NCBI GenBank assembly: GCA_964482715.1
Contig: CAYZYX010000013.1
Coordinates: 1-39,503, forward strand
DNA length: 39,503 bases
Direction of reading: 5' to 3'
Source of the DNA: an uncultured Clostridia bacterium
GTDB taxonomy: Bacteria > Aerophobota > Aerophobia > Aerophobales > B3-G15
The translations under genes were made by a program, and so were the position numbers. Shown here one piece after another: positions 1 through 8,667 of this stretch. Each line of letters starts with the position of its first letter. Within the stretch, counting starts at the first letter, position 1. Below the pieces are notes generated by a model, which made no database searches, was not told where the DNA came from, and worked only from the letters and a program-made list of their open reading frames with translations.

Positions 1-2
1 TT

Positions 3-71
3 CTGGAAAAAGCTTTTCTGCCCGGTGATGAGGACATTGTAAGGACTGCAAGAAGGCTTGTTGAACAGTGA
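3..71 (+). CDS. 3' end of a gene entering from the left; probable 2-oxoacid/acetoin dehydrogenase E1 beta subunit C-terminus (partial)
   Basis: Manual translation LEKAFLPGDEDIVRTARRLVEQ* resembles the E1-beta C-terminal LExxxLPxxxxIxxAxxxL pattern; only 22 codons are visible. Confidence 0.5.
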   Translation: MEKAFLPGDEDIVRTARRLVEQ

Positions 72-161
72 TAGGTTATAAATGGGAATGGAGGATGGAG
101 AACCAGAGAATATGCAAGAAAAGGGAGAAATAGTTATTAGAAAAAAATCAAGAGGGAAAAC

Positions 162-1034
162 ATGAAAAATTTATTAAAGATTCTAATGGGTGGTTTAGTA
201 ATTCCTTTCCTCTGTGGTAATGTTTTTGCCTCAGGCCCGGGAACAACAGGTGCCAATTTCTTAAAAATTGGAGTAGGGGCAAAAGCAGCAGCCATGGGAG
301 AGGCTTTCACTGCTTTTGCTGATGATCCTACAGCTCTTTACTGGAATCCCGCAGGGCTTTCTCAATTGAAGAAAATGGAGCTTTCTGCTTCTTATCATTC
401 CTGGTTTGCTGACGTGAAACAGGGATATCTTTCATTTGTATTGCCTGCATTGGGAGGGATTCTGGCTTTAGGAACAAATTATGTTGATATGGGTAGTATT
501 GAGGGAAGGGATGACAAGGGTAATCTCACAGGTAGTTTTGGGGCATCTGCAATTCAAATAGTCGCTGGTTATGCAACAGGAAAAGAGAGTTTTTCAGTTG
601 GATTTGCCGGAGGTATTTTGCAGGAGACTATAAAGACAGATAAAAAATCAACTGTCTTAGGAACAGCAGGTATTCTTTTAAAAAAAGACCCTCTTTCTCT
701 TGGCCTCTGTGCGCAAAATCTGGGAGGAAAAATAGGTGAAGATCCACCACCTTTTATTATGAGAGGTGGTGTAGGATTTAAAAGATCAAATTTTAGGTTT
801 GGAGTTGATGTTGTTAATCCACAGGATAATGATACCTATTTTTGCGCTGGCGGAGAGTTTCTTTTGGGAGATAAATTTGCATTGAGAGCAGGGTACAGAA
901 ATGGACAGGATGTGGGTTCCGGATATACGGTGGGGATTGGATTTAACATGAATTGGTTATCCTTTGATTATGCCTATGTTCCATATGGAGACCTGGGAAG
1001 GACTCACAGAATATCAGTAGGCTTACAATTTTAG
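162..1034 (+). CDS. PorV/PorQ (UPF0164)-family outer-membrane beta-barrel protein
   Basis: Signal peptide; FLKIGVGAKAAAMGEAF..ADDPTALYWNPAGL N-terminal motif; C-terminal DYAYVPYGDLGRTHRISVGLQF ending in Phe. Confidence 0.85.
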   Translation: MKNLLKILMGGLVIPFLCGNVFASGPGTTGANFLKIGVGAKAAAMGEAFTAFADDPTALYWNPAGLSQLKKMELSASYHSWFADVKQGYLSFVLPALGGILALGTNYVDMGSIEGRDDKGNLTGSFGASAIQIVAGYATGKESFSVGFAGGILQETIKTDKKSTVLGTAGILLKKDPLSLGLCAQNLGGKIGEDPPPFIMRGGVGFKRSNFRFGVDVVNPQDNDTYFCAGGEFLLGDKFALRAGYRNGQDVGSGYTVGIGFNMNWLSFDYAYVPYGDLGRTHRISVGLQF

Positions 1035-1066
1035 GACTTAAATTTTTTAAATGGGGAAAGTGAAAA

Positions 1067-2098
1067 ATGAAAAGATATAAGTTTATATATCTTTTATTTT
1101 TTGTCTTTTTGACAGCTGCACTACCTGTGTTTGCCTTCACATCTCCAGGTCCAAAGGCTATGGGGATGGGGGGCGCATTTACTGCAGTAGCGGATGACCT
1201 CAGTTGTGTATTCTGGAATCCCGCGGGTCTTCCTCAAACAGGTTACTTTGATGTGGATCTATCAATAGCAGCAGGTGGAGAAAATATAGAAAGTCTGGAA
1301 GCTCTTTCCGATATCTATAAGGCATTGGAGGAGAAGGACTACCAGGCTGCCAAAGATACTGCTATGAAAATCAAAGCCCCCTTTGGGTTTGCTCCAGCTT
1401 TTAATTTAGGAATCGGGCTATTTAAGAGAGTTGCTCTTTCTGCAGTCTTTCAAGGTGATTTTGATGTCAAAACCCTGAAAGAAGATGTTGATTCAAGAGG
1501 TGAGTATGTTGAGATTGAAGATACAGAAACTGCCCTTGCCTCTGGATACCTATCTTTCGCTTACAGGTCATCCCGGAGTCTTACTCTGGGAATGAACGTA
1601 AAATACTTACGAGGTTGGCGTCATATTTCTCACTTTAAAATTTATGTTGATGGGGAAACTCAAGATATAGAGGAGGGACAAGAAGGTTTTTCAGACCCTG
1701 TTTTTTCTTTTGATCTTGGAGCAATATATCAGGGAAAAGAAAGCCCCTTTACCTGGGGTCTGATGATAGAAAATGTAACTCAGCCCAAGCTCAATTTTCC
1801 TGAACTTTCTGGCAAGCATCGTTCAATAACTCTTTTCAGAAAAATAAATTTGGGTCTCTCCTATAAGCCTCTTGGTTTTTTAACCCTGGCAGCTGATATT
1901 CACAACTTGACTGACAATCCTACATTTCATTTCGGAGGAGAACTAAGCCTGAAATTGTTAAAAATCCGGGCAGGTCTGTCTGATGGAAATTTAGCCTGTG
2001 GAATTGGCTTAAATATCCTCTTATTCAATCTTGAGGTAAGCTATTATGAAAAAGGGGAAAATAATCCTCAACTTGCCTTTGTTTTAATAAGGGTCTGA
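1067..2098 (+). CDS. Outer-membrane beta-barrel protein, FadL/TraF/PorV-like superfamily
   Basis: Signal peptide; GPKAMGMGGAFTAVADD..FWNPAGL motif; alternating amphipathic beta-strand pattern. Confidence 0.7.
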   Translation: MKRYKFIYLLFFVFLTAALPVFAFTSPGPKAMGMGGAFTAVADDLSCVFWNPAGLPQTGYFDVDLSIAAGGENIESLEALSDIYKALEEKDYQAAKDTAMKIKAPFGFAPAFNLGIGLFKRVALSAVFQGDFDVKTLKEDVDSRGEYVEIEDTETALASGYLSFAYRSSRSLTLGMNVKYLRGWRHISHFKIYVDGETQDIEEGQEGFSDPVFSFDLGAIYQGKESPFTWGLMIENVTQPKLNFPELSGKHRSITLFRKINLGLSYKPLGFLTLAADIHNLTDNPTFHFGGELSLKLLKIRAGLSDGNLACGIGLNILLFNLEVSYYEKGENNPQLAFVLIRV

Positions 2099-2100
2099 TT

Positions 2101-2322
2101 TTAAACTGCCTCCACACTTTTAATCTCAGGCACTTCTTTTTTTAGAGTTTTTTCAATCCCGACTTTCAGAGTCAAAGTAGCCATGGGACATCCTCTGCAG
2201 GCTCCGGTAAGTTTGACTTTAACTATTCCATCACCAGTCACCTCAACCAACTCCACGTCACCACCATCAGCCTGCAGAGAGGGTCTTATCTTATTCAGCA
2301 CCTTTTCTACCTTCTCTTTCAT
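2101..2322 (-). CDS. NifU/NfuA-type Fe-S cluster carrier (Nfu domain)
   Basis: IRPSLQADGGDVELV and GACRGCPMA (CxxC) motifs; AGGAG RBS upstream. Confidence 0.93.
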   Translation of the reverse strand: MKEKVEKVLNKIRPSLQADGGDVELVEVTGDGIVKVKLTGACRGCPMATLTLKVGIEKTLKKEVPEIKSVEAV

Positions 2323-2350
2323 AGATTTTCTCCTCGCAATTATTGAAGTT

Positions 2351-2379
2351 ATTATTGGTCAAAAATCTCCTCCTGTCAA
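2351..2379 (-). promoter_or_regulatory. Putative sigma70 promoter for the Nfu gene
   Basis: Minus-strand TTGACA (2379-2374), 17 nt, AATAAT (2356-2351). Confidence 0.5.
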
Positions 2380-2392
2380 CCCACGAAAATTT

Positions 2393-2430
2393 TGTAGGTA
2401 AAAAGTGTCCCAATGTCAGACAAAAATTTT
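2393..2430 (+). repeat. Dispersed intergenic repeat family, copy 1 (3' module only)
   Basis: TGTAGGTAAAAAGTGTCCCAATGTCAG (2393-2419) matches 6965-6991 at 26/27 positions. Confidence 0.85.
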
Positions 2431-4230
2431 CTATTTTGTCTCTAATACTGCCAGAAAAGCTTCCTGAGGAATGTTAACCTGCCCAAATTTTTTTAGTCTC
2501 TTTTTACCCTCTTTTTGCCGTTCCAGAAGCTTTTTCTTTCTGGTAACGTCACCCCCATAAAGCGGTGCAGTCACATCTTTTCTCAGAGCAGGTATTGTTT
2601 CCCGAGCAATTACTCTTTTTCCTGTAGCAATTTGCACAGGAACAGGAAATTGATGCCGGGGGATTACTTCCTTTAATTTTCTGGCCAGTTGCTTGGCTGT
2701 ATGATAGGCTTTATCCCTATGCACAATTACAGAAAGGGCATCCAGCACCTTGCCATTTACCAGAACACTTAATTTAACCAAATCACCTATTTCATGGCCT
2801 GTATATTCGTAATCAAAAGTGGCATATCCCTTGCTAACTGACTTTAGTTCATCATAAAATTTAGTAATTATCTCAGCCAGGGGCATTTTGTAAAGGACGA
2901 GGATTCGAGATGAATCCAGCCACCTCATATCAATAAATCTTCCCCTGCGTCTCTCGAGCAATTCAAAAATCGATCCCAAAAATTCTTGAGGAGTAATAAT
3001 ACTTGCCTTTGCATAAGGTTCTTCAATCATTTCTATTTTCTGATCTGATGGGAATTTAACAGGATTATCAATTTCTAAAATCTGACCGTTTGATTTTAAC
3101 AATCGATAAACAACATTGGGGGCGGTGGTTACAATGGACAAATTAAACTCTCTCTCCAGTCTTTCCTGAATTATTTCCTTGTGTAATAATCCTAAAAATC
3201 CACAGCGAAAGCCAGGACCAAGTACTGGTGAATTTTCGGGTTGATAAGAAAAAGCGGGGTCATTTAGCTTTAATTTATCAAGTGCACTTTTCAGCTGAGA
3301 AAAATTTTCTCCGTCAGCAGGATAAATTCCACAGATTACCATTGGTTTTGGTTCTTTATATCCAGGAAAAGGTTTGGAAGTAGGGTTCTCTTTATCAGTT
3401 ACCGTGTCTCCCACCTTCAAATCATCAATATTTTTTACACTGGCAATAAAATAACCCACTTCTCCCGACTGCAACATTTCAGTTGGGATCCGCCTTAATC
3501 TCAAAATACCCACTTCTTCTACTTTAAATTCTTTCCCGGAGGACATGACCAGGGTTCTCATTCCTGGTTTTATGGTTCCTTCGAAAACGCGAATATAACC
3601 TACTACACCCCGATGGTTGTCATAAAAAGAGTCAAATATCAGAGCTTTCAAAGGATATTCAGGAAGATGTGCTGGTGGAGGGATTCTGTTCACGATTGCT
3701 TCAAGGATTTCCGGGACACCTCTTCCATCACGAGCACTGGCAAGGATAACTTTATTGTTTTGAATGTTTATCCCCAATTTGGAGAGTTGATTTTTAACTC
3801 TCTCAGGATTAGCGAGTGGTAAGTCGATTTTATTTATTACCGGGATAATTGTGAGTTTTCTTTGCTGAGCGAGATAAAGATTAGCTATTGTCTGTGCTTC
3901 CACTCCCTGTACAGCATCAACTAAAAGAAGGGTCCCTTCACAAGCTGCCAGTGCTCTTGACACCTCATAACTGAAGTCCACATGACCAGGAGTATCGATT
4001 AAGTTGAGCAAGTATGTCTTACCATCTCTTGCTCTGTGGGTGAGGGTTATGGTGTGGGCTTTAATAGTAATTCCTCTCTCCCTTTCAAGTTCCATTGTAT
4101 CCAGTGTCTGTTCCCGGAGTTCTCGAGAAGAGAGGGTGTGAGTATATTCAAGTAATCTATCAGCCAGTGTAGATTTTCCATGATCAATATGCGCAATTAT
4201 GGAGAAATTCCGTATATTTTTCTTCCCCAT
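2431..4230 (-). CDS. lepA: Translation elongation factor 4 (LepA)
   Basis: IRNFSIIAHIDHGKSTLADRLL, LIDTPGHVDF, NKID, GFRCGFLGLLH and C-terminal YGGDVTRKKKLLERQKEGKKR. Confidence 0.98.
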   Translation of the reverse strand: MGKKNIRNFSIIAHIDHGKSTLADRLLEYTHTLSSRELREQTLDTMELERERGITIKAHTITLTHRARDGKTYLLNLIDTPGHVDFSYEVSRALAACEGTLLLVDAVQGVEAQTIANLYLAQQRKLTIIPVINKIDLPLANPERVKNQLSKLGINIQNNKVILASARDGRGVPEILEAIVNRIPPPAHLPEYPLKALIFDSFYDNHRGVVGYIRVFEGTIKPGMRTLVMSSGKEFKVEEVGILRLRRIPTEMLQSGEVGYFIASVKNIDDLKVGDTVTDKENPTSKPFPGYKEPKPMVICGIYPADGENFSQLKSALDKLKLNDPAFSYQPENSPVLGPGFRCGFLGLLHKEIIQERLEREFNLSIVTTAPNVVYRLLKSNGQILEIDNPVKFPSDQKIEMIEEPYAKASIITPQEFLGSIFELLERRRGRFIDMRWLDSSRILVLYKMPLAEIITKFYDELKSVSKGYATFDYEYTGHEIGDLVKLSVLVNGKVLDALSVIVHRDKAYHTAKQLARKLKEVIPRHQFPVPVQIATGKRVIARETIPALRKDVTAPLYGGDVTRKKKLLERQKEGKKRLKKFGQVNIPQEAFLAVLETK

Positions 4231-4261
4231 TTTTACAAAGATTTGTTCTTGGAATAAAATT

Positions 4262-4540
4262 TCAATTTTTATTGGCAGGTTGAATCTGGTTAAATTTTTT
4301 CATTAATTTAGATTTTATCCGGGCTACTTTATTTTTATGCCATACACCCTTTGCCCGGGCCGAATCAATTATACTTATTACTTCAGGAAGCTTTGCTCTG
4401 GCTTCTTCTAATTTTCCTTCTTCAAACAGGGCCAGAAGTCCCTTTATTGCAGTTTTTACCCGGTTTTTAATCTGGCTGTTTCTCCTGGCACGCTCCTGGC
4501 TTTGGCGCATTCTCTTTTTTGCTGATTTTGTATGAGGCAT
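4262..4540 (-). CDS. rpsT: 30S ribosomal protein S20
   Basis: MPHTKSAKKRMRQS...KGVWHKNKVARIKSKL; start re-assigned to ATG 4540, preceded by AAGGAG. Confidence 0.95.
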   Translation of the reverse strand: MPHTKSAKKRMRQSQERARRNSQIKNRVKTAIKGLLALFEEGKLEEARAKLPEVISIIDSARAKGVWHKNKVARIKSKLMKKFNQIQPANKN

Positions 4541-4639
4541 GCTTTCTACTCCTTGCTTAAGTTTTAGGTAGTAGTTTATCAAAATCTTATAATTTGACAA
4601 CCCACAAAGTGCGGTTAAAAATATAGCAGATAGGTAAAA

Positions 4640-6202
4640 ATGTTAAGAAAAAGAGAGGAAAAAGAAGGGGTAATAAAAAGCGCTGGGATGGTCAGTTTAG
4701 GCACCTTATTTTCTCGTATTACGGGACTTATAAGACTTCAGATAATCGCCTACATTTTTGGTTACTCTCCAGCTACCGACGCTTTTTGGCTGGCTTTCAC
4801 CTTACCCAATCTCTTTCGTGCGCTTCTCGCTGAAGGAGCTTTAAGTACTGCCTTTATACCCATTTTCAGTGAATGGTACTCAAAAAAAGGGGAAGAAGAA
4901 GCCTGGAAACTGGCAAATAACATTCTAAATTTACTTGTCCTTATGGTTATGAGTGTTATTGTAATGGGGGTCATTTTAGCTCCCTTTTACATGCCCTACC
5001 TCGGAATAGGTTTTAGAAAAAATCCATCCCAGGTTGGTTTGGCTATTTATCTCAGTCAGCTTATGTGGCCTTTTCTCCTCTTTATCAGCGTAGCCGCACT
5101 CATCATGGCCATCCTTAATTGTAGAGGACATTTTGCTTCTCCGGCATTTGCCCCGGTTTTTTTTAATATTTGTTTTATAATCTTTGCTCTTCTTTTGAGT
5201 AATAAGATTGGTATTTACAGTTTGGCTTGCGGAGTGGTTGCGGGAGGATCGATACAGCTTTTAGTTCAAATTCCAGCTTTAATAAAGAAAGGATTCAAAT
5301 ACAGATTGACTTTTTCTCTGCAGGATGAAGGGGTAAGGAGGGTTTTTAAACTGATTTTACCCGCAATTCTGGGAAGCATTACTCTGCAGATAAGTGTGGT
5401 TATAACCAGAATTTTTGCCTCCACTCTTCCTGCCGGTGGAATTTCCAGCCTTCAGTACGCAATGCGTATAATCCAATTTCCTTTGGGCCTTTTTCCTATA
5501 GCTATCTCAACGGCGATTTTCCCTCGCTTTTCATTGCTGGCAGCGACTAACAATCGTGATGCCCTTAAAGCCACAGTCAACATGGGTATACGAATGGTTT
5601 TTTTTCTATTGGTTCCCTCATCAATTGGATTAATTTTACTGAGGAAGGAGCTTGTTGGTCTGCTTTTTCAATACGGCTCGTTTTCTTACAGGGACACTTT
5701 GATTACAAGTGAAGCCCTTTTCTATTACTGCTTCGGTCTTTTTGCTATGGGAGGTGTTATGATCCTTACCAGGGCGTTTTATTCTCTTCAAGATATGCTC
5801 ACTCCCTTTTATGTTTTTGTTATTTGCCTCGGATCAAATGTACTCCTCAATTTTGCCTTAATTGATCCTCTCAAACATAAAGGTCTCGCTCTTGCTACCT
5901 CTTTATCCATTATGATGAACATGGTATTTTTGGTTGTTCTTCTAAGGAGAAAGATGGGAAGGTTGGGTGGATACTCGGTCTTTTTGTCTTTCTTAAAGAC
6001 TTGCTTTGTTTCAGCAGTGATGGGAGGAGCAATTTATATTGGCAAAATTTTCCTTAATCCCGGTCTCGCTGTCTCTTTACATTATCGCCTGCTTTTTATT
6101 GTTGGCACTATTTTTTTTGGAGTCGGGGTATTTATTGGTTTATCTTATCTTCTCAGGTCAAATGAGCTTGATTTAATAATTCGCTCTTTAAGAGGAGGGT
6201 AA
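4640..6202 (+). CDS. murJ: Lipid II flippase MurJ (MviN)
   Basis: SRITGLIR, DAFWLAFTLPNLFRALLAEGALSTAFIP and QFPLGLF motifs; polytopic; divergent from rpsT as is common. Confidence 0.95.
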   Translation: MLRKREEKEGVIKSAGMVSLGTLFSRITGLIRLQIIAYIFGYSPATDAFWLAFTLPNLFRALLAEGALSTAFIPIFSEWYSKKGEEEAWKLANNILNLLVLMVMSVIVMGVILAPFYMPYLGIGFRKNPSQVGLAIYLSQLMWPFLLFISVAALIMAILNCRGHFASPAFAPVFFNICFIIFALLLSNKIGIYSLACGVVAGGSIQLLVQIPALIKKGFKYRLTFSLQDEGVRRVFKLILPAILGSITLQISVVITRIFASTLPAGGISSLQYAMRIIQFPLGLFPIAISTAIFPRFSLLAATNNRDALKATVNMGIRMVFFLLVPSSIGLILLRKELVGLLFQYGSFSYRDTLITSEALFYYCFGLFAMGGVMILTRAFYSLQDMLTPFYVFVICLGSNVLLNFALIDPLKHKGLALATSLSIMMNMVFLVVLLRRKMGRLGGYSVFLSFLKTCFVSAVMGGAIYIGKIFLNPGLAVSLHYRLLFIVGTIFFGVGVFIGLSYLLRSNELDLIIRSLRGG

Positions 6203-6203
6203 T

Positions 6204-6809
6204 TTGCCGGTCAAGGCAGGAAAACAAATCTTTCTGGGACTCGATCTTGCTGCCAATTACCGTTTTCCAACCGGGTTGGCAGTTATTGACCAGAGTCTTA
6301 AAATTGTGGACAGGCCAGAGGAGGTGTTCACTGATAAAGAAATTATGAATAGGGTAAGGGAACGTAACCCTGAATTAATTGCTGTAGATGCACCTCTCAG
6401 TTTTCCAAAAAAGGGTAGTAAAATGCGCCTGTGCGACCGGGAACTTCGGCAATTTGGCTCCCCAGCTTTATCCCCTTTCTGGATTGCCTCTCTTACAAGA
6501 AGAGCAATTTCTCTCTGTCAAAAATTAAATAAAGAGGGTTACAGGTGGATAGAGGTTTATCCAAGAGCTACTCAGAATGTATTAAAGATTAAGTTACCCG
6601 GCACCGTAAAATCCTCTTTGAAATGGAGGGCTTCTCTACAAAGGGCTCTTTCTCTCTGGATTGATAATATTCCCTCTCCTGAGGAAAGGATTTTTTCCTC
6701 TCATATACTTGATGCAATTCTTTGTGCTTATACTGCTTATTGCAGGTGGAAGGGCGATTATCAGGAGATAGGAAATGAAGAGGGAAAAATAATTATCCCT
6801 TTAAAGTGA
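6204..6809 (+). CDS. DUF429-family protein (predicted RNase H-like fold)
   Basis: FLGLDLA, IAVDAPLSFP, R.CDREL, IEVYP and DAILCAYTA motifs; TTG start directly after murJ. Confidence 0.8.
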   Translation: MPVKAGKQIFLGLDLAANYRFPTGLAVIDQSLKIVDRPEEVFTDKEIMNRVRERNPELIAVDAPLSFPKKGSKMRLCDRELRQFGSPALSPFWIASLTRRAISLCQKLNKEGYRWIEVYPRATQNVLKIKLPGTVKSSLKWRASLQRALSLWIDNIPSPEERIFSSHILDAILCAYTAYCRWKGDYQEIGNEEGKIIIPLK

Positions 6810-6823
6810 AAACAATTTAATAA

Positions 6824-6953
6824 AGGCTCCCGGAGATACCTTGCAAGCAAGCTTTTTTGGCGAGCAGCCGGCCTTTACATGGTAGCCACTTTTGCACCCA
6901 CAAAAAGGAAAGGCCTGCTGCAGTAAAATGATAGGTGAGATACCCGGGAGCCT
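6824..6953. repeat. ~130-bp inverted-repeat-bounded element (MITE/REPIN-like or structured ncRNA)
   Basis: Terminal AGGCTCCCGG (6824-6833) / CCGGGAGCCT (6944-6953); nested stem GCAGCCGGCCTTT (6864-6876) / AAAGGCCTGCTGC (6909-6921), 12 of 13 pairing. Confidence 0.7.
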
Positions 6954-7001
6954 GAAGAGAAAGGTGTAGGTAAAAGGTGTCCCAATGTCAGCTCAAGAAT
7001 T
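6935..7001 (+). repeat. Dispersed intergenic repeat family, copy 2
   Basis: GTGAGATACCCGGGAGCCTGAAGAGAAAGGTGTAGGTAAAAGGTGTCCCAATGTC aligns with 13841-13928 and 26927-27007. Confidence 0.9.
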
Positions 7002-7029
7002 TTGACAGATGGTTTTAATTTAATATAAT
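7002..7029 (+). promoter_or_regulatory. Sigma70 promoter of the polyamine operon
   Basis: Perfect TTGACA (7002-7007), 16 nt, TATAAT (7024-7029). Confidence 0.8.
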
Positions 7030-7065
7030 TATGCCAAAAAATTCAATAAGTTCCAGGGATCACCA

Positions 7066-7611
7066 ATGAAACATCCGAGTAAAATCTTTCTGACCAAGGG
7101 TGTAGGGAAACATAAGGAGAAATTGGCTTCTTTTGAAGACGCTCTAAGAAATGCCGGTCTTGCTGAGTATAATATTGTAAGAGTCTCCAGTATTTATCCT
7201 CCGGGATGTCGTTTAATTTCAAAAAACGAAGCTAAAAAATATCTAACTCCCGGTCAAATAGTATACTGTGTTTTGGCTGAAAATGCTACTAACGAACCGC
7301 ATCGCCTGATAGCTGCCTCTATTGGTCTTGCTGTCCCACGCCGAAAAGACCACTATGGATATCTCTCCGAGCATCACAGTTTTGGTGAGGGGGAGAAAAA
7401 AGCAGGAGAGTACGCGGAAGACCTCGCTGCCTCAATGCTGGCTACTATACTTGGAGTGGAGTTTGATCCTGACTCAAGTTACGATGAAAAGAAGGAAATA
7501 TGGAGGATAAGTGGTGAGATAGTTAAAACCACCAATATAACACAATCAGCTCTGGGCGACAAAAATGGGTTGTGGACAACGGTGATAGCAGCGGCAGTTT
7601 TTGTTGACTGA
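7066..7611 (+). CDS. pdaD: Pyruvoyl-dependent arginine decarboxylase
   Basis: PSKIFLTKGVG, SFEDALRNAGLAEYNIVRVSSIYPP (Ser-Ser autocleavage site), YGYLSEHH and WTTVIAAAVF. Confidence 0.92.
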   Translation: MKHPSKIFLTKGVGKHKEKLASFEDALRNAGLAEYNIVRVSSIYPPGCRLISKNEAKKYLTPGQIVYCVLAENATNEPHRLIAASIGLAVPRRKDHYGYLSEHHSFGEGEKKAGEYAEDLAASMLATILGVEFDPDSSYDEKKEIWRISGEIVKTTNITQSALGDKNGLWTTVIAAAVFVD

Positions 7612-8653
7612 GAGAGAAAAGGTTGGTGATATAGAAATGAATCTACGTGAGCATCCAGTAAAACCGTTTTCTCCTGATGGGGAAAAGGATTTAGATACCC
7701 TTTTAAATGAGATGGAAAATATATCCTTTCAGGGAAGAAATCTCGGGATTTGCTTCCGTGTGTGGAAGGAGATGCTCAAGGACAGAGTCTTTATTTTCCT
7801 TGGTCTGGCAGGAGCAATGGTTCCAGCTGGAATGAGGAAGGTGGTATCGTTTCTTATCACCCATCGTTTAATTGACTGTATAGTCTCCACAGGAGCCAAT
7901 CTCTTTCATGATTGTCACGAAAGTTTAGGAAGAAAACACTACAAAGCAAGTCCCTTTCTGGAGGATGTGAAATTAAGGAAAATGGAGATGGACAGAATCT
8001 ACGATACTTTGGCTTCTGAAGAAGAGTTTCAATTGACCGATCAGTTTATTCAGAATTTTGCAGGAACTCTGGATGCCACACGCAGTTACACCACTCGAGA
8101 ATTTTTGTATCTACTTGGAGAGTTTCTCAGTAAAAAGGCAAAGGAGGAAGGAATTTTAACTTCTGCTTATAAGAATAAGGTTCCTATTTATTGTCCGGCA
8201 ATTGGAGATTCCTCCATAGGAATCGCCCTTGTAGCAGGTAAAGTTAACGTAAATTTTGATCTTCTGAGGGATGTTGAGGAAACAGCCTATCTGGTTAAAG
8301 AGGCAGGAAAAACCGCGGTTATCTATATAGGTGGTGGAACACCGAAAAATTTTATTCAACAGACCCAGGTGACTTTAAATGTCTCGGGAATAAAAAGCGA
8401 AGGTCACTATTATGCCATTCAGATCATCACTGATCCCCCACATTGGGGAGGGCTAAGTGGAGCTACTCTGGAAGAGTCTCAATCCTGGGGGAAAATTTCT
8501 CCTCAGGCTAAAAAAGTTACCCTTTACTGTGATGCAACTTTGGCTCTTCCTCTTTTAACTGAAGCATTAGCCCGTGAGCTTAAAAGAGGTTTAACGAGAG
8601 TTTTTGTTCCTAAGCTTAACCCTGGCAAAAGCAAGATTGAGATTTTAAAATAA
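7601..8653 (+). CDS. Deoxyhypusine synthase-like protein (probable homospermidine-pathway enzyme, SpeY-like); start may be ATG 7637
   Basis: GLAGAMVPAGMR, STGANLFHD, PAIGDSSIG, GGGTPKNF, GGLSGATLEESQSWGK (catalytic Lys) and DATLALP. Confidence 0.9.
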   Translation: MLTEREKVGDIEMNLREHPVKPFSPDGEKDLDTLLNEMENISFQGRNLGICFRVWKEMLKDRVFIFLGLAGAMVPAGMRKVVSFLITHRLIDCIVSTGANLFHDCHESLGRKHYKASPFLEDVKLRKMEMDRIYDTLASEEEFQLTDQFIQNFAGTLDATRSYTTREFLYLLGEFLSKKAKEEGILTSAYKNKVPIYCPAIGDSSIGIALVAGKVNVNFDLLRDVEETAYLVKEAGKTAVIYIGGGTPKNFIQQTQVTLNVSGIKSEGHYYAIQIITDPPHWGGLSGATLEESQSWGKISPQAKKVTLYCDATLALPLLTEALARELKRGLTRVFVPKLNPGKSKIEILK

Positions 8654-8667
8654 AAGGTTGATTCAAA

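Noticed and set aside
1067-2098. Conjugative element suggested by TraF-like similarity
   Set aside because: No relaxase, T4SS or integrase genes nearby; the family includes ordinary chromosomal barrels.
4594-4621. murJ promoter at TTGACA 4594
   Set aside because: The -10 candidate (TAAAAA) is too weak to call with confidence.
6204-6809. DUF429 protein as the transposase mobilising the adjacent inverted-repeat element
   Set aside because: It lies outside the inverted repeats, follows murJ by 1 nt, and has no transposase DNA-binding domain; adjacency alone is insufficient.
6824-6953. Riboswitch controlling the polyamine operon, or SRP RNA
   Set aside because: It lies upstream of the operon's own consensus promoter so is not in that 5' UTR. 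It lacks the SRP domain IV motif, and its arm recurs next to unrelated genes.
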